Shown: positions 12,486 to 21,915, counted from the first letter of the stretch. The stretch: 32,057 nt of DNA from an uncultured archaeon (GCA_964388035.1 CAYLZE010000054.1:1-32057); one strand, 5' to 3'. Notes: generated by a model from the letters alone, not told the origin. A program made the numbers and translations.

Positions 12486-13574
12486 TTATGGGACAAAACT
12501 AAAAATGTTTTTAACCAGTTTATCTATATCCTCTTGAGCTTCATCATCAAAACATACATCACTGGATTTAATTAGGGGGAAGTACTTTTCTTTAAACTGA
12601 TCGTTAAAACTTTTAAGCGCATCCTTTAAAACTGTTGAAAATTTATTTGCTATGAGAATTCCGCTGAATTCTTTTCGCAAATCAAGTATCATGACAGCAT
12701 TCAAGAGAGTTATTTCTTTCAATTCGGACTTAAATCCTAACGCAGATTCCATTATACTTGCTATAGCAGAGATGGCGCCGCTAACTAAAAGATCGTCTAT
12801 TTGACGCTCTTCAAAATCCTTAGTATAACAGTTAACCCCCGATACTTTAAGGACGATTAATTTATAACATTGATAGGGAACCAGATAAGCTAATTGAGTG
12901 TTTTGTAAATATCCTAAAGCAAATATTAATAAACCAATGGAAGCAACGAGTAATACCAGGGAAGGTATGAAGATTACTTCTACTAAGACTAAAGCAACAA
13001 TAGCTCCCGGAATGCCGATAAAAGAACCGATAAATGTTAATCTGGTTTGAGCTTTTTGCTCTTTCATTTTACTTTTTCGTACCATCTGATAACAGGCTAT
13101 TATGAATAGAATTCCGACAGGTAAGATAAATGCAAATTGAACGATTAAAAAGAAAAGAAATGCTTGTCCATAAAAACCAAAATTTTCATAAAACACCATT
13201 TCATAAAAAAGATGTTCACCCGCTATTAATAACATAAGAATAATCCCTAACATGAAACTAAAATAGAAAGTTAATTTCAGATTAATGGAACCTGTCCTCA
13301 CTAAATTTGAAAAAAGGAATAGACTAAAAAATCCGATATAAGAACAAAACACGCCTGTACAATAAACAATTACAGCAAGTCTTTGTGTAGGTAAAAAAGG
13401 ATAATAAGTAGAACAAATTGCCCAAAACAAAATACTGATAAAGAATAGCCCAAACATCAAGGTTGCGAGAATTTTATCCTTACGTCGTTTTGAAAATACT
13501 GCTATACTTAGTACTACTAATATAACAATTGCCAAATTACCAATTACTAAATGAGTTATAGTTAAGATTTCCAT
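12486..13574 (-). CDS. Polytopic (about 7 TM) membrane protein with C-terminal longin/roadblock-like soluble domain
   Basis: About seven hydrophobic segments in residues ~5-225, then LIVLKVSGVNCY..DDLLVSGAISAIASIM..LKEITL..FSGILIA..LKDALKSFNDQFKEKY. Confidence 0.7.
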   Translation of the reverse strand: MEILTITHLVIGNLAIVILVVLSIAVFSKRRKDKILATLMFGLFFISILFWAICSTYYPFLPTQRLAVIVYCTGVFCSYIGFFSLFLFSNLVRTGSINLKLTFYFSFMLGIILMLLIAGEHLFYEMVFYENFGFYGQAFLFFLIVQFAFILPVGILFIIACYQMVRKSKMKEQKAQTRLTFIGSFIGIPGAIVALVLVEVIFIPSLVLLVASIGLLIFALGYLQNTQLAYLVPYQCYKLIVLKVSGVNCYTKDFEERQIDDLLVSGAISAIASIMESALGFKSELKEITLLNAVMILDLRKEFSGILIANKFSTVLKDALKSFNDQFKEKYFPLIKSSDVCFDDEAQEDIDKLVKNIFSFVP

Positions 13575-13800
13575 GTGGAAAACCTCGTTGTTAATAGAAC
13601 ATATATGATTATTGTTGATAAAATGTTAGTTAATTTATAATAATAACAATTACTAATTTAGAAAAAATTAAGATATTTAAATTTAGAAGATAAGGGGAGA
13701 GTAAATTGATGAAGAATAATTTTATTCAAAGGAAATAATAATTCCGATATTTACAGCCACTAATGCCTCTTTATCTCAATATAAAACGATAATCTCTTGA

Positions 13801-14376
13801 TTAGTTAAGGCAGATTAAGCCAAAGCGATAAGTAAACTTGTCATTAGTCCAGTTGAGATCAATACCAAGATGCTTTACTGTTTCAACAGTATTGATCCCC
13901 GCGGCAGATAATCCATAACGAATCTTATCAGGAAATCTGCAGGGTTCTTTTTCATCATAAGTGCATTTTTTTCCCTCATCAGTACAAAGGCTACAATTAC
14001 CCCCCCATAAAGCAAAAGAATCTTCAAATTGACCGCGTCGTTCATCAAGGAATTTCTCAATGGTTCCATTCAATTCTTTTTCTATGATTCCGTTTCTATA
14101 TAATTTATTAATAATGATTTCTCTGCTTCTTCTGGGATACTTTTTTTGAATTTCTTTAATATAATTTTCAAGATCAAATTTAATACCAATTAAGAAAAAC
14201 TGTTGAAACTCTGATAATCGCTCCTTTAAGAAGGGAGAAGCGGGAGGACACGCCCAAGAATGATCATAATTCGGACATGTAAAGTTTTGGTTTTTACAAT
14301 AAGAATATACGTTTCGGTCAAAAACGATGTCCTCATATTTTATCTGAAGTATAATTTCATCCAATTTAACCATCAA
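13801..14376 (-). CDS. DUF2284-like predicted metal-binding protein (paralog of 9401-9961)
   Basis: CPNYDHSWACPPASP, WGGNCSLC..C..CRFPDKIRYGL. Confidence 0.8.
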   Translation of the reverse strand: MMVKLDEIILQIKYEDIVFDRNVYSYCKNQNFTCPNYDHSWACPPASPFLKERLSEFQQFFLIGIKFDLENYIKEIQKKYPRRSREIIINKLYRNGIIEKELNGTIEKFLDERRGQFEDSFALWGGNCSLCTDEGKKCTYDEKEPCRFPDKIRYGLSAAGINTVETVKHLGIDLNWTNDKFTYRFGLICLN

Positions 14377-14527
14377 TTTTGATTAATCAGGGCTACTTAA
14401 TTGAATAACCTCAAATAAAAATAATTTATTACTCAGAAGCGTAAGAGAAAAGTTAAAAAAGATTTTTTGAAAAAAAAGTAAAACTTTGGCCGCGATTTTA
14501 TCTAACATTCTTTACTTTCCAATTGCT

Positions 14528-15241
14528 TCATTCTTTTTTTAAAAAAAGATTTCTCATCCAGTTTGGCAAGATTAGAGCTCCATAGATGCAAACTAAAGAA
14601 GGAATGAATAAAAACATTGGAATAAAATTAATGCTGGTTATTAAGAAAAAGATAGAGCCAGCTAGGAAAAAAATTATTCCTAATAATAATAATGTTCCCT
14701 TTAACTTATTCTCAGCAATTGTTGATTTCCTTGATTGGAGATAAAAAAGCAAGGTTGTAACCGTTAAAATAATAATACTAATTATTGAGCGGATTCGTAC
14801 AAAAGGTCCCAAGATAGGAGTGAGGGGTTGAGAGAAAGTTCCTAGTGCCGATATATCCATGAATAAATAACGGAAAAAAAGAACCTCCATGATTACCCAA
14901 TAGACTAAGAAGGAACCAAGTATTATTTTTTGTCTTTTTTTATAAAGTAATTCGGTAATAAGAGCTAACCAAAAGATTAATGCCAAGGAAATACCATAAC
15001 CAATAGTTAGATATAATTCAGGAGAGATACTATTTCCACTAAATAGGATATATAAAAAATTAATAGAAAGTACGAGCCAGAAATTAGATAGAAAAGGAAG
15101 ACTAGCTCCCATGTAGAATATAGATCTATTTCCATAGTGAATCGATTTAGAAATTAGCTTTAATCCGATGAAATAAAATGAAACTACAATTAATATCGCA
15201 AATATGCCATTGATCAAGTCTAAAGTTGTTAATTCAATCAT
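14528..15241 (-). CDS. Hypothetical ~7-TM membrane protein
   Basis: 237 aa, about seven hydrophobic helices, ends LPNWMRNLF. Confidence 0.75.
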   Translation of the reverse strand: MIELTTLDLINGIFAILIVVSFYFIGLKLISKSIHYGNRSIFYMGASLPFLSNFWLVLSINFLYILFSGNSISPELYLTIGYGISLALIFWLALITELLYKKRQKIILGSFLVYWVIMEVLFFRYLFMDISALGTFSQPLTPILGPFVRIRSIISIIILTVTTLLFYLQSRKSTIAENKLKGTLLLLGIIFFLAGSIFFLITSINFIPMFLFIPSLVCIYGALILPNWMRNLFLKKE

Positions 15242-15695
15242 TTTTTTCTAATAATTTTTTCTCTTTGTAATATTTCATACAATTTCGTAAATTTAAATAT
15301 AGGTATATTAACTTTTCCTAATTTCTTAGTTAATTTTTAAAAGAGTAATGTTGGAACAGAATTTAACTGTTCTAATAAAAGGTCTCTAATGTTGGAATGA
15401 TTTTCTCTCTTTAAACCTATATTTTTGATAAAGTGTTGAGTAAAACTATATTTGATGTTGACCTCCATTGATTATTTTGCCATTCTACAATCTATCTATA
15501 TATATATAATACTTTACTTGCCATATCTTCATTAAAAATTGTACAAATTTATCTTCCAAGAAATAATTTTAATGAAGGTAATTCTGAATAAAAAAGAATC
15601 AGTCATGCTTTTCTTTTAGAAAACTGCTAACAAGGAAAAAGTTTTTTTATTTAATATTTTAATGCCTGAAGTTCCATTTTATATCAAATAGAATA

Positions 15696-16574
15696 CTAGC
15701 CTTGATAGGAGAGGAGAAATTCGATTAATTCTTTATTTTTCCGAAAAATTTCGTATTGAACCTTTTTTAGTTTTTCCTTTAATGAATTGATTAATATATT
15801 TATTTCTGTACTTTCCTGTACTAAATTATTTTTAATTTCATTCAATATTTCAAAAAGATAATGTTGATTAATGGGTTCTCCATAATATTTTCGTGAAGGT
15901 AAATCGCTTGCTAAATATAGATAAATTGGAGCAATTTCTTCAGGGGAGACTGTATCTCCTGAACGTTGCCCCATTTCTCTTAAGTTTTGCATCATTTGAG
16001 TTTCAATAGCCCCCGGTAATATGGTACCTACAGAGATTCCTTGAGATTTCAATTCGAAATGCAATGCTCTTCCCATGGCAGATACCGCAGCTTTGGATGT
16101 AGCATAAGCTACTTTATTCGATGTAAAATAAATGTTTCCTTGTACGGAGGAAGTCATTATGATTTTCCCACTTTTTTGAAGAATCATTTTAGAAAGAACA
16201 TGCTTGACCATTGCATAATATGACATGATATTAAGATTAAACATGTATTGAACCTTATCGAGCGGATAATCTACAACCGAAGCATATTGAGTCATTCCAG
16301 CATTATTTACTAGTATATCACAGGTTTCAAAATGCTCGAAATATTGTTGAGAGCATTTTATTGTCCCTTCCAACAAAGCAAGATCGCAGGGTATGGCAAT
16401 ATTTTTCCCATTATAAGGTTCCAAGGCCTTTAAAGTCGCTTCTAGTTCAACCTTTGTGCGTGCAGCTATGGCAACATTTGCCCCATTTTTAGCAAATTCA
16501 ATAGCCACTGCTCGCCCTATCCCCCTTCCTCCTCCCGTTATTAAAGCATTCTTATTCTTTAATAATTTTTCCAT
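15696..16574 (-). CDS. Short-chain dehydrogenase/reductase (classical SDR) with C-terminal helical extension
   Basis: TGGGRGIG, LVNNAG, catalytic Ser and YATSK, PGAIET; GAGG SD-like sequence upstream. Confidence 0.9.
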   Translation of the reverse strand: MEKLLKNKNALITGGGRGIGRAVAIEFAKNGANVAIAARTKVELEATLKALEPYNGKNIAIPCDLALLEGTIKCSQQYFEHFETCDILVNNAGMTQYASVVDYPLDKVQYMFNLNIMSYYAMVKHVLSKMILQKSGKIIMTSSVQGNIYFTSNKVAYATSKAAVSAMGRALHFELKSQGISVGTILPGAIETQMMQNLREMGQRSGDTVSPEEIAPIYLYLASDLPSRKYYGEPINQHYLFEILNEIKNNLVQESTEINILINSLKEKLKKVQYEIFRKNKELIEFLLSYQG

Positions 16575-16728
16575 GTTGTAACCTCATTATAACCTGATTC
16601 GATAGAATTAAAGAATCTGAAGTACAAAATACGATTTACTAAATTCAAGATATTATTTAAATGATTCTTTCTAATTAATTTACCTTTTAGAATTTCCACA
16701 ATCCTTTAATTAAAAGCAAATTTCATTT

Positions 16729-18105
16729 ATGAATAAGTGTATTACAAAATTTCAAAATTTATATACAATTCCATGTACCTTGCAAGAAGCTCCATCCAAT
16801 AATGCTAAGAAAGACTCACCATCATTCGCAAACCATCGCGAGAAATTAAGTCAGTATAATATCAACCAGAAAACGGCTTTATTCACCATATTACTCTCAA
16901 TTTTCATTGATGTATTTGGTTATAGCATGATCTTGCCTCTATTGCCTATAGTCGCCACGCAGACCTTTGGAGCTTCGAATTTCATGGTAGGTATTCTAAT
17001 TGCTTCAAATGCCGCGGCCTCATTCATTTCTGCTCCCATATGGGGGTGGATCTCCGATAAGGTCGGAAGGAAGGGCCCTTTAGTCGTTTCTCAAATAGGA
17101 ACGCTCGCTTCTTTTATTATTTTAGGATATGCAGATTCCGTGAATGTGATTTTATTTTCACGGATTCTTGACGGAATTTTTTCCGGGCAATTTCCGCTCA
17201 TAAGAGCATTTATTATTGATTTAACGGACGAAAAGACGCGCTCAGCAGAAATGGGCCGTCTTTCTGCGGGATGGGCCGTGGGTTTTATTTTTGGACCTAG
17301 TATTGGAGGGCTCTTAGGAAGTATAAGCTGGCGAGTCCCTCCGATCATAGCATCAGTTCTCTCTTTCATTTCGATTTTCTTTACCCTCAAATACATCAGA
17401 GAATCCATGCCAAAAGAACGGAGATTGGAAATTAAACAAGGAAAAGAAAAATCTCTCAAGAATAATAATGGTACGAAGCAAAAAGTGCTTACTCCCATTG
17501 TTTTTCTTCGTTTATTCCAAACTTTATTCATTTCTTTAGCTTTTAGCATGATATTTTCAACCTTTGCTCTTGTTTTAAATCTTAGATATGGTTTGGAGGT
17601 GGCAGCGATTGGTCTATTTAGCACCTATGCCGGCATTCTCATGATGATTTTTGGCGCTGTATTGATGAGACCTTTAATCAGAAGATTTAGAGAAACAAAA
17701 TTGCTTTTTTTCGCTATAGGATTAGGATTGTTCGTTTTCTCCACGTTCCACCTCGTGACCTCTTTCTGGATCTTCTGTCTCTATGCTATCCCGATATTGT
17801 TCATGGATATTATCGTTCGCTCCATCATTCAAACCAATTTATCCAAATCCGTTAACGAGGATAATCAAGGACAAGCAAGCGGATACGCTGCCAATATGTT
17901 CTCCATTAGCCAAATAATTGGACCGCTTATTGGATATTACTATTTAGATATAGGTTCCTTGACAGTGCTCGGGATTACATTGCAAGATTATTTACTGATG
18001 GGACTAACGGGAGTCATCATAATCCTCATATTTCTCGCTTTAGTGCTAATTGATTTGAAATATAATCCCGAACTTTTTCGAGTTCACAGCCAAAATAAAG
18101 AATGA
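16729..18105 (+). CDS. MFS transporter, TetA/DHA1-like
   Basis: IFIDVFGYSMILPLLP, motif A GWISDKVGRK, SRILDG, GFIFGPSIGG; about 12 TM; start uncertain. Confidence 0.9.
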   Translation: MNKCITKFQNLYTIPCTLQEAPSNNAKKDSPSFANHREKLSQYNINQKTALFTILLSIFIDVFGYSMILPLLPIVATQTFGASNFMVGILIASNAAASFISAPIWGWISDKVGRKGPLVVSQIGTLASFIILGYADSVNVILFSRILDGIFSGQFPLIRAFIIDLTDEKTRSAEMGRLSAGWAVGFIFGPSIGGLLGSISWRVPPIIASVLSFISIFFTLKYIRESMPKERRLEIKQGKEKSLKNNNGTKQKVLTPIVFLRLFQTLFISLAFSMIFSTFALVLNLRYGLEVAAIGLFSTYAGILMMIFGAVLMRPLIRRFRETKLLFFAIGLGLFVFSTFHLVTSFWIFCLYAIPILFMDIIVRSIIQTNLSKSVNEDNQGQASGYAANMFSISQIIGPLIGYYYLDIGSLTVLGITLQDYLLMGLTGVIIILIFLALVLIDLKYNPELFRVHSQNKE

Positions 18106-18262
18106 TAGTAGATAAAATTAAGAGAGAGTGACAGAAATAAAAATAGATTCGCTTGATTATTTCTTTTTACAAGATAATAAATAATTTTTGAGCATGACAA
18201 ATGAATTAATTCAGGTACCCTAAAAAGAATAAGTTATAGAAAAAAGTACTATAATAAATTAA

Positions 18263-18925
18263 TTATTCAAGAGAGATTAGCTCGGTTTTATTTGCTTGAT
18301 TAATTGCTTCTTTTAATCGGTGTTGCCAAGCGTGTATTTTATCAATTTCATCAAATACTTGACGCTCTGGTCTTCCAAAATCATCAAATTCTTCCACCAA
18401 ATAATAATCAATAATTTTTTCTTCGATTTTATGTCCCTTATCACTTAATGATTGCTTTGTCTTATAGTAAGGAGTAACATTACGCCATTTTACGATTTGG
18501 TCGCTTTCTTCAAGAACTTCGACCCCTTTCGATAATTTAGGTATGGAGGTGGCAGCTCTTTCTAATTTAGGGACAATATCATTCTTCAAGACCAGTAATT
18601 CAGGAATCGTTAAGGTAACCTCTTTTCCTTCCAAGTCAATAACTTGGGCTTTAGCTTTTTGATTTGTTAATGAGATTTGAATTGCGAGCTTTTTATCCTC
18701 TTCAATCAGTCCTTGTATTTTTTTTTGGCATTCATCAATGGAATAATTTCTCTTATACTCTGTACGTGTGCCAGGAACTGGTTCGAAGGCTTTATCTCCA
18801 TCTATTTTTTTGGTTTCATATTTAACCGTGTTCTTCCCGGCAATGGCTAATCTGTTATACCAATTTTCTAATTCAGATTGGATTTGTTTTCTTCGAGTGA
18901 ATGCATCTCCCAATGTCATTACCAT
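18263..18925 (-). CDS. DIP1984/DUF6847-like helical protein built from two internal repeats
   Basis: MTLGDAFTRRKQI...LAIQISLTNQK followed by LTIPELLVLKNDI...LKEAINQANKT; SD GAGGTG 8 nt upstream of ATG; family assignment from pattern memory. Confidence 0.65.
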   Translation of the reverse strand: MVMTLGDAFTRRKQIQSELENWYNRLAIAGKNTVKYETKKIDGDKAFEPVPGTRTEYKRNYSIDECQKKIQGLIEEDKKLAIQISLTNQKAKAQVIDLEGKEVTLTIPELLVLKNDIVPKLERAATSIPKLSKGVEVLEESDQIVKWRNVTPYYKTKQSLSDKGHKIEEKIIDYYLVEEFDDFGRPERQVFDEIDKIHAWQHRLKEAINQANKTELISLE

Positions 18926-18953
18926 TTCATTTACACCTCAATTATAATTTTGA

Positions 18954-19167
18954 AGCCAGCCGGTTATCCAAGGCTTGAAGGAGCCTTACAACATAAAGCT
19001 TCAAGGAGCTTTATAACGGAATACATGTATATTGCTAATTCCATAAGCTATAATTTTTAAGCTATACTTTATACTTCAATAAGCATGCCTAATGCTTAGG
19101 TAGACTGAAATAAATTTATCCATTTAAGTTAATAAGTTTTACAGCCATCAATTTGGTCCGGCTGGCT
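18954..19167 (-). ncRNA. Candidate structured ncRNA / 5' leader upstream of the DIP1984-like gene
   Basis: Perfect terminal inverted repeat AGCCAGCCGG (18954-18963) / CCGGCTGGCT (19158-19167); internal hairpins 18970-18987, 18993-19014, 19018-19042, 19080-19098; short direct repeats; strand inferred from adjacent gene. Confidence 0.6.
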
Positions 19168-19283
19168 GGGTAAATAGAGTTTATTAAATTATTTAATTTT
19201 ATCGCTTTGCTTATTCCTCTCAATTTCGATAATAAAAAAAGTTCTAATTAAATTTTTATAGCAAAAAAAATAAATTAACATTT

Positions 19284-20777
19284 ATGGAAAAAACAAATAT
19301 TGTTTCTACAAAATCGGGAAAAATTCAAGGATATAAAGAGAAAGGTTTAGAAATCTTTAAGGGAATTCCGTTTGCAGAAGCCCCTATTGGTGAATTGCGC
19401 TTTTCTCTCCCAGTTTCTAAAAAGCCTTGGAATTCTGTACTCGATGCAACACAATATGGTCCGTGCGCTTTTCAAGGATATACCGAGCTTGAAAAGTATT
19501 TCGGTAAGCTTGGACCCGAAAGCGAAGATTGCCTTACTCTTAATATTTGGACTCCTAGAGCAGATGATAAAAAGCGTCCTGTAATGGTTTGGATACACGG
19601 AGGGGCATTCGTCATGGGAAGTGGGAGGGATCCTCTCTATGAGGGATCTAATTTATCATCGCGAGGAGATATTGTGATAGTTACAATTAATTACCGATTG
19701 GGCGCTCTTGGTTTTTTAACTGTTCCAGATATTACAATGAATGCCGGAATTCTTGACCAGGTGGAGGCGCTTAAATGGGTGCATGACAATATTGTATTTT
19801 TTGGAGGCGATCCGAACAATATCACCATTTTTGGAGAATCTGCCGGAGCATATTCCGTTGTTTGCTTAGCAGCAATGCCTGCCTCAAAAGGGTTATTCAA
19901 GCGCGTTATTGCTGAGAGTGCTCCTTTTATTGATCCAAAAAGTACTGAAAAAGTTACAAAGAATTTATTACGTGCTTTAAAAATTAAAAAAGGAGACATG
20001 AGCGCACTGCGCGAAGTACCCCCTGAAAAAATTATTGAAACGCAAAATAACATAACAGCCAAAGAACTTCTTGCATTTCGACCAATGATTGATGGTAAAA
20101 CAATTCCAACCCATCCCCAAAAGGTCTTTCAAAATGGTGAATGTAAGGATATTGATTTCATTCTTGGAACAAATTTGGACGAGGCGAAACTTTTTACAGC
20201 ATTGGATCCGGCAATGAGAAAGATGAACGACGAAGAATGGGAGAAAACTATCTTCGGGTTCTTAGCTATGCAAGGTATCGATAAGGATAAAAGTAATCAT
20301 CTATTCACTACGTATAAACAAGCAAGGAAAGGCAAATATTCTACAGAAAATAAAGAAATAGCAAATGCTCTCCTTACGGACATGATGTTTCGCGTTTCCA
20401 CTATAGATATCTTAGAAGCACTGAGCAAGCATCATCCTGGTTATAATTATCTTTTCACTTGGCCATCAAAAGGATTCGGAGGAGCTTTGGGCGCGTGCCA
20501 TGCCATTGAACTTGCGTATGTATTCCATAATTTTGATATACCGGGAATGGATCAATTTAGCGGTACGGGTCCGGAAGCAGAAGCATTAAGCGAAAGAATC
20601 ATGGATGCGTGGATCAATTTTGCTCGTATTGGAAACCCAAATCATGGCGGTATTCCGGAATGGCCTGTTTACAACACGGAAAAAAGGGCAACCTTATCTC
20701 TTGGAAAGGAATGTAAGATAATTAATGCCATCTTTGATAAAGAACGGATAGCTTGGAACGGTATATTTAATGTCTAA
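19284..20777 (+). CDS. Type-B carboxylesterase (PnbA-like)
   Basis: FKGIPFA, SEDCLTLNIW, WIHGGAF, NYRLG, FGESAG nucleophile elbow, TNLDE, ACHAIEL. Confidence 0.93.
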   Translation: MEKTNIVSTKSGKIQGYKEKGLEIFKGIPFAEAPIGELRFSLPVSKKPWNSVLDATQYGPCAFQGYTELEKYFGKLGPESEDCLTLNIWTPRADDKKRPVMVWIHGGAFVMGSGRDPLYEGSNLSSRGDIVIVTINYRLGALGFLTVPDITMNAGILDQVEALKWVHDNIVFFGGDPNNITIFGESAGAYSVVCLAAMPASKGLFKRVIAESAPFIDPKSTEKVTKNLLRALKIKKGDMSALREVPPEKIIETQNNITAKELLAFRPMIDGKTIPTHPQKVFQNGECKDIDFILGTNLDEAKLFTALDPAMRKMNDEEWEKTIFGFLAMQGIDKDKSNHLFTTYKQARKGKYSTENKEIANALLTDMMFRVSTIDILEALSKHHPGYNYLFTWPSKGFGGALGACHAIELAYVFHNFDIPGMDQFSGTGPEAEALSERIMDAWINFARIGNPNHGGIPEWPVYNTEKRATLSLGKECKIINAIFDKERIAWNGIFNV

Positions 20778-20999
20778 AAATGTCTTTTTTTATCTAACAA
20801 TTGGGAATTTTTTGGTTCCATTTTTCTTATTTTTATTTCTTTAAATGAACGTAACTTAAACAAAATAAATATGTACAGGTTTTTTCATTTTAAGCAAAAT
20901 TTTTTGAATATCTCAAGGTGCTTATATGGACTATCCTTAAATTTAGTCTTATTTTATATTTTATTATAAATTTATTTAATATTCTTTAAAGTGATTTGC

Positions 21000-21704
21000 A
21001 TGGAACGTAATTCTGATAAAAGAGACCGAGTTCCCTCAACGGAACAAATGATGTCTTGGATAAAATTAATTTTTAATCAAGGGATTCGGCGTCCTGGTTA
21101 TCCTGCAGATTATTGGGTTGAAAATTGGATAAAGGAACAATTTGAGTCTTTTGGCTTTAAAGATATTATATTAGATCCAATTGAGGCAAAGAAATGGGAA
21201 GCAAAAGATGAGATTCTTGAAATTTGGTTAGAAAAGAGCCCGAAGGAAATAAAAAAGATTCCTTGTTTTCCCATCCCATATACTGATGCTTCAAAAACGG
21301 TAGAAGCAAGCCTAGAAAAAAATGAAAAAGAGAAGTCTCTCAATGGAAAAATTGCCCTTACCGACATAACATTATTCAATGTTCCTCTAAAAATGTTAAG
21401 ATTTTTAACCGGTGCTGATCGAGTGCATGATCCTCTCAATGAATTCGAGACTCTAAATCAACTGGTTCCTTTTGATGTCAGGTTTCAGAATGTATTGGAA
21501 CCCGTGATCGAAAAGGGAGCAATAGGAGCAATTGGAATACTTTCTGGATATCCTTGGAACACGGATAAGTATTATGTTCCCTATGATGCCGTGAAAAGAG
21601 CTATTCCGGGTGTATATGTTAGTCCCGAAAATGGAAAGGGAATTTCAGCATTAATGGAAAAAGGACCCGCTAAAGCAAGAATTTCATATGCAGGCCTGGA
21701 ATAA
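21000..21704 (+). pseudogene. N-terminal half (with PA domain) of an interrupted M28-family peptidase
   Basis: GIRRPGYPAD..VE.WI..QF, PA-like GKIAL..GAIGAIGIL..IPGVYVSPENG; ends before the expected HxD metal motif; matching C-terminal half at 27767-28387. Confidence 0.7.
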
Positions 21705-21840
21705 CTTTATTTTACAACTTAATTAAAATTTATTTTAGAAATCTTCTTTTTATTATTTCTACTTCTGTAATTATTTACTGAATAGGACTATTACTAAAAA
21801 ATCGAAATATTTATTAATTAACTATACTAATATAAACTAA

Positions 21841-21885
21841 ACATCGTTAACTTTTACAATGTTAACCTTTACGATGTTAACTTTA
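21841..21885 (+). promoter_or_regulatory. Three tandem 15-bp repeats, putative TetR operator array
   Basis: ACATCGTTAACTTTT / ACAATGTTAACCTTT / ACGATGTTAACTTTA; ~25 nt downstream of TATA-like TTTATTAA (21810-21817) and 30 nt upstream of tetR ATG. Confidence 0.65.
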
Positions 21886-21915
21886 TAATTTTCTTGATAT
21901 GAAAATTGGTGAAAT

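Noticed and set aside
18878-19060. 60-aa plus-strand ORF overlapping the structured element
   Set aside because: TTG start, antisense overlap with the 220-aa gene, no recognisable features; likely spurious.
18954-19167. tRNA, SRP RNA, RNase P RNA, C/D-box sRNA or CRISPR identity for the structured element
   Set aside because: No cloverleaf or TTCG T-loop, no SRP helix-8 motif, no GAGGAAAGTCC, no properly placed C/D boxes, and no repeat-spacer periodicity.
21841-21885. Possible mini-CRISPR array
   Set aside because: Units are 15 bp, directly abutting with no spacers, and no cas genes are present; an operator array fits better.
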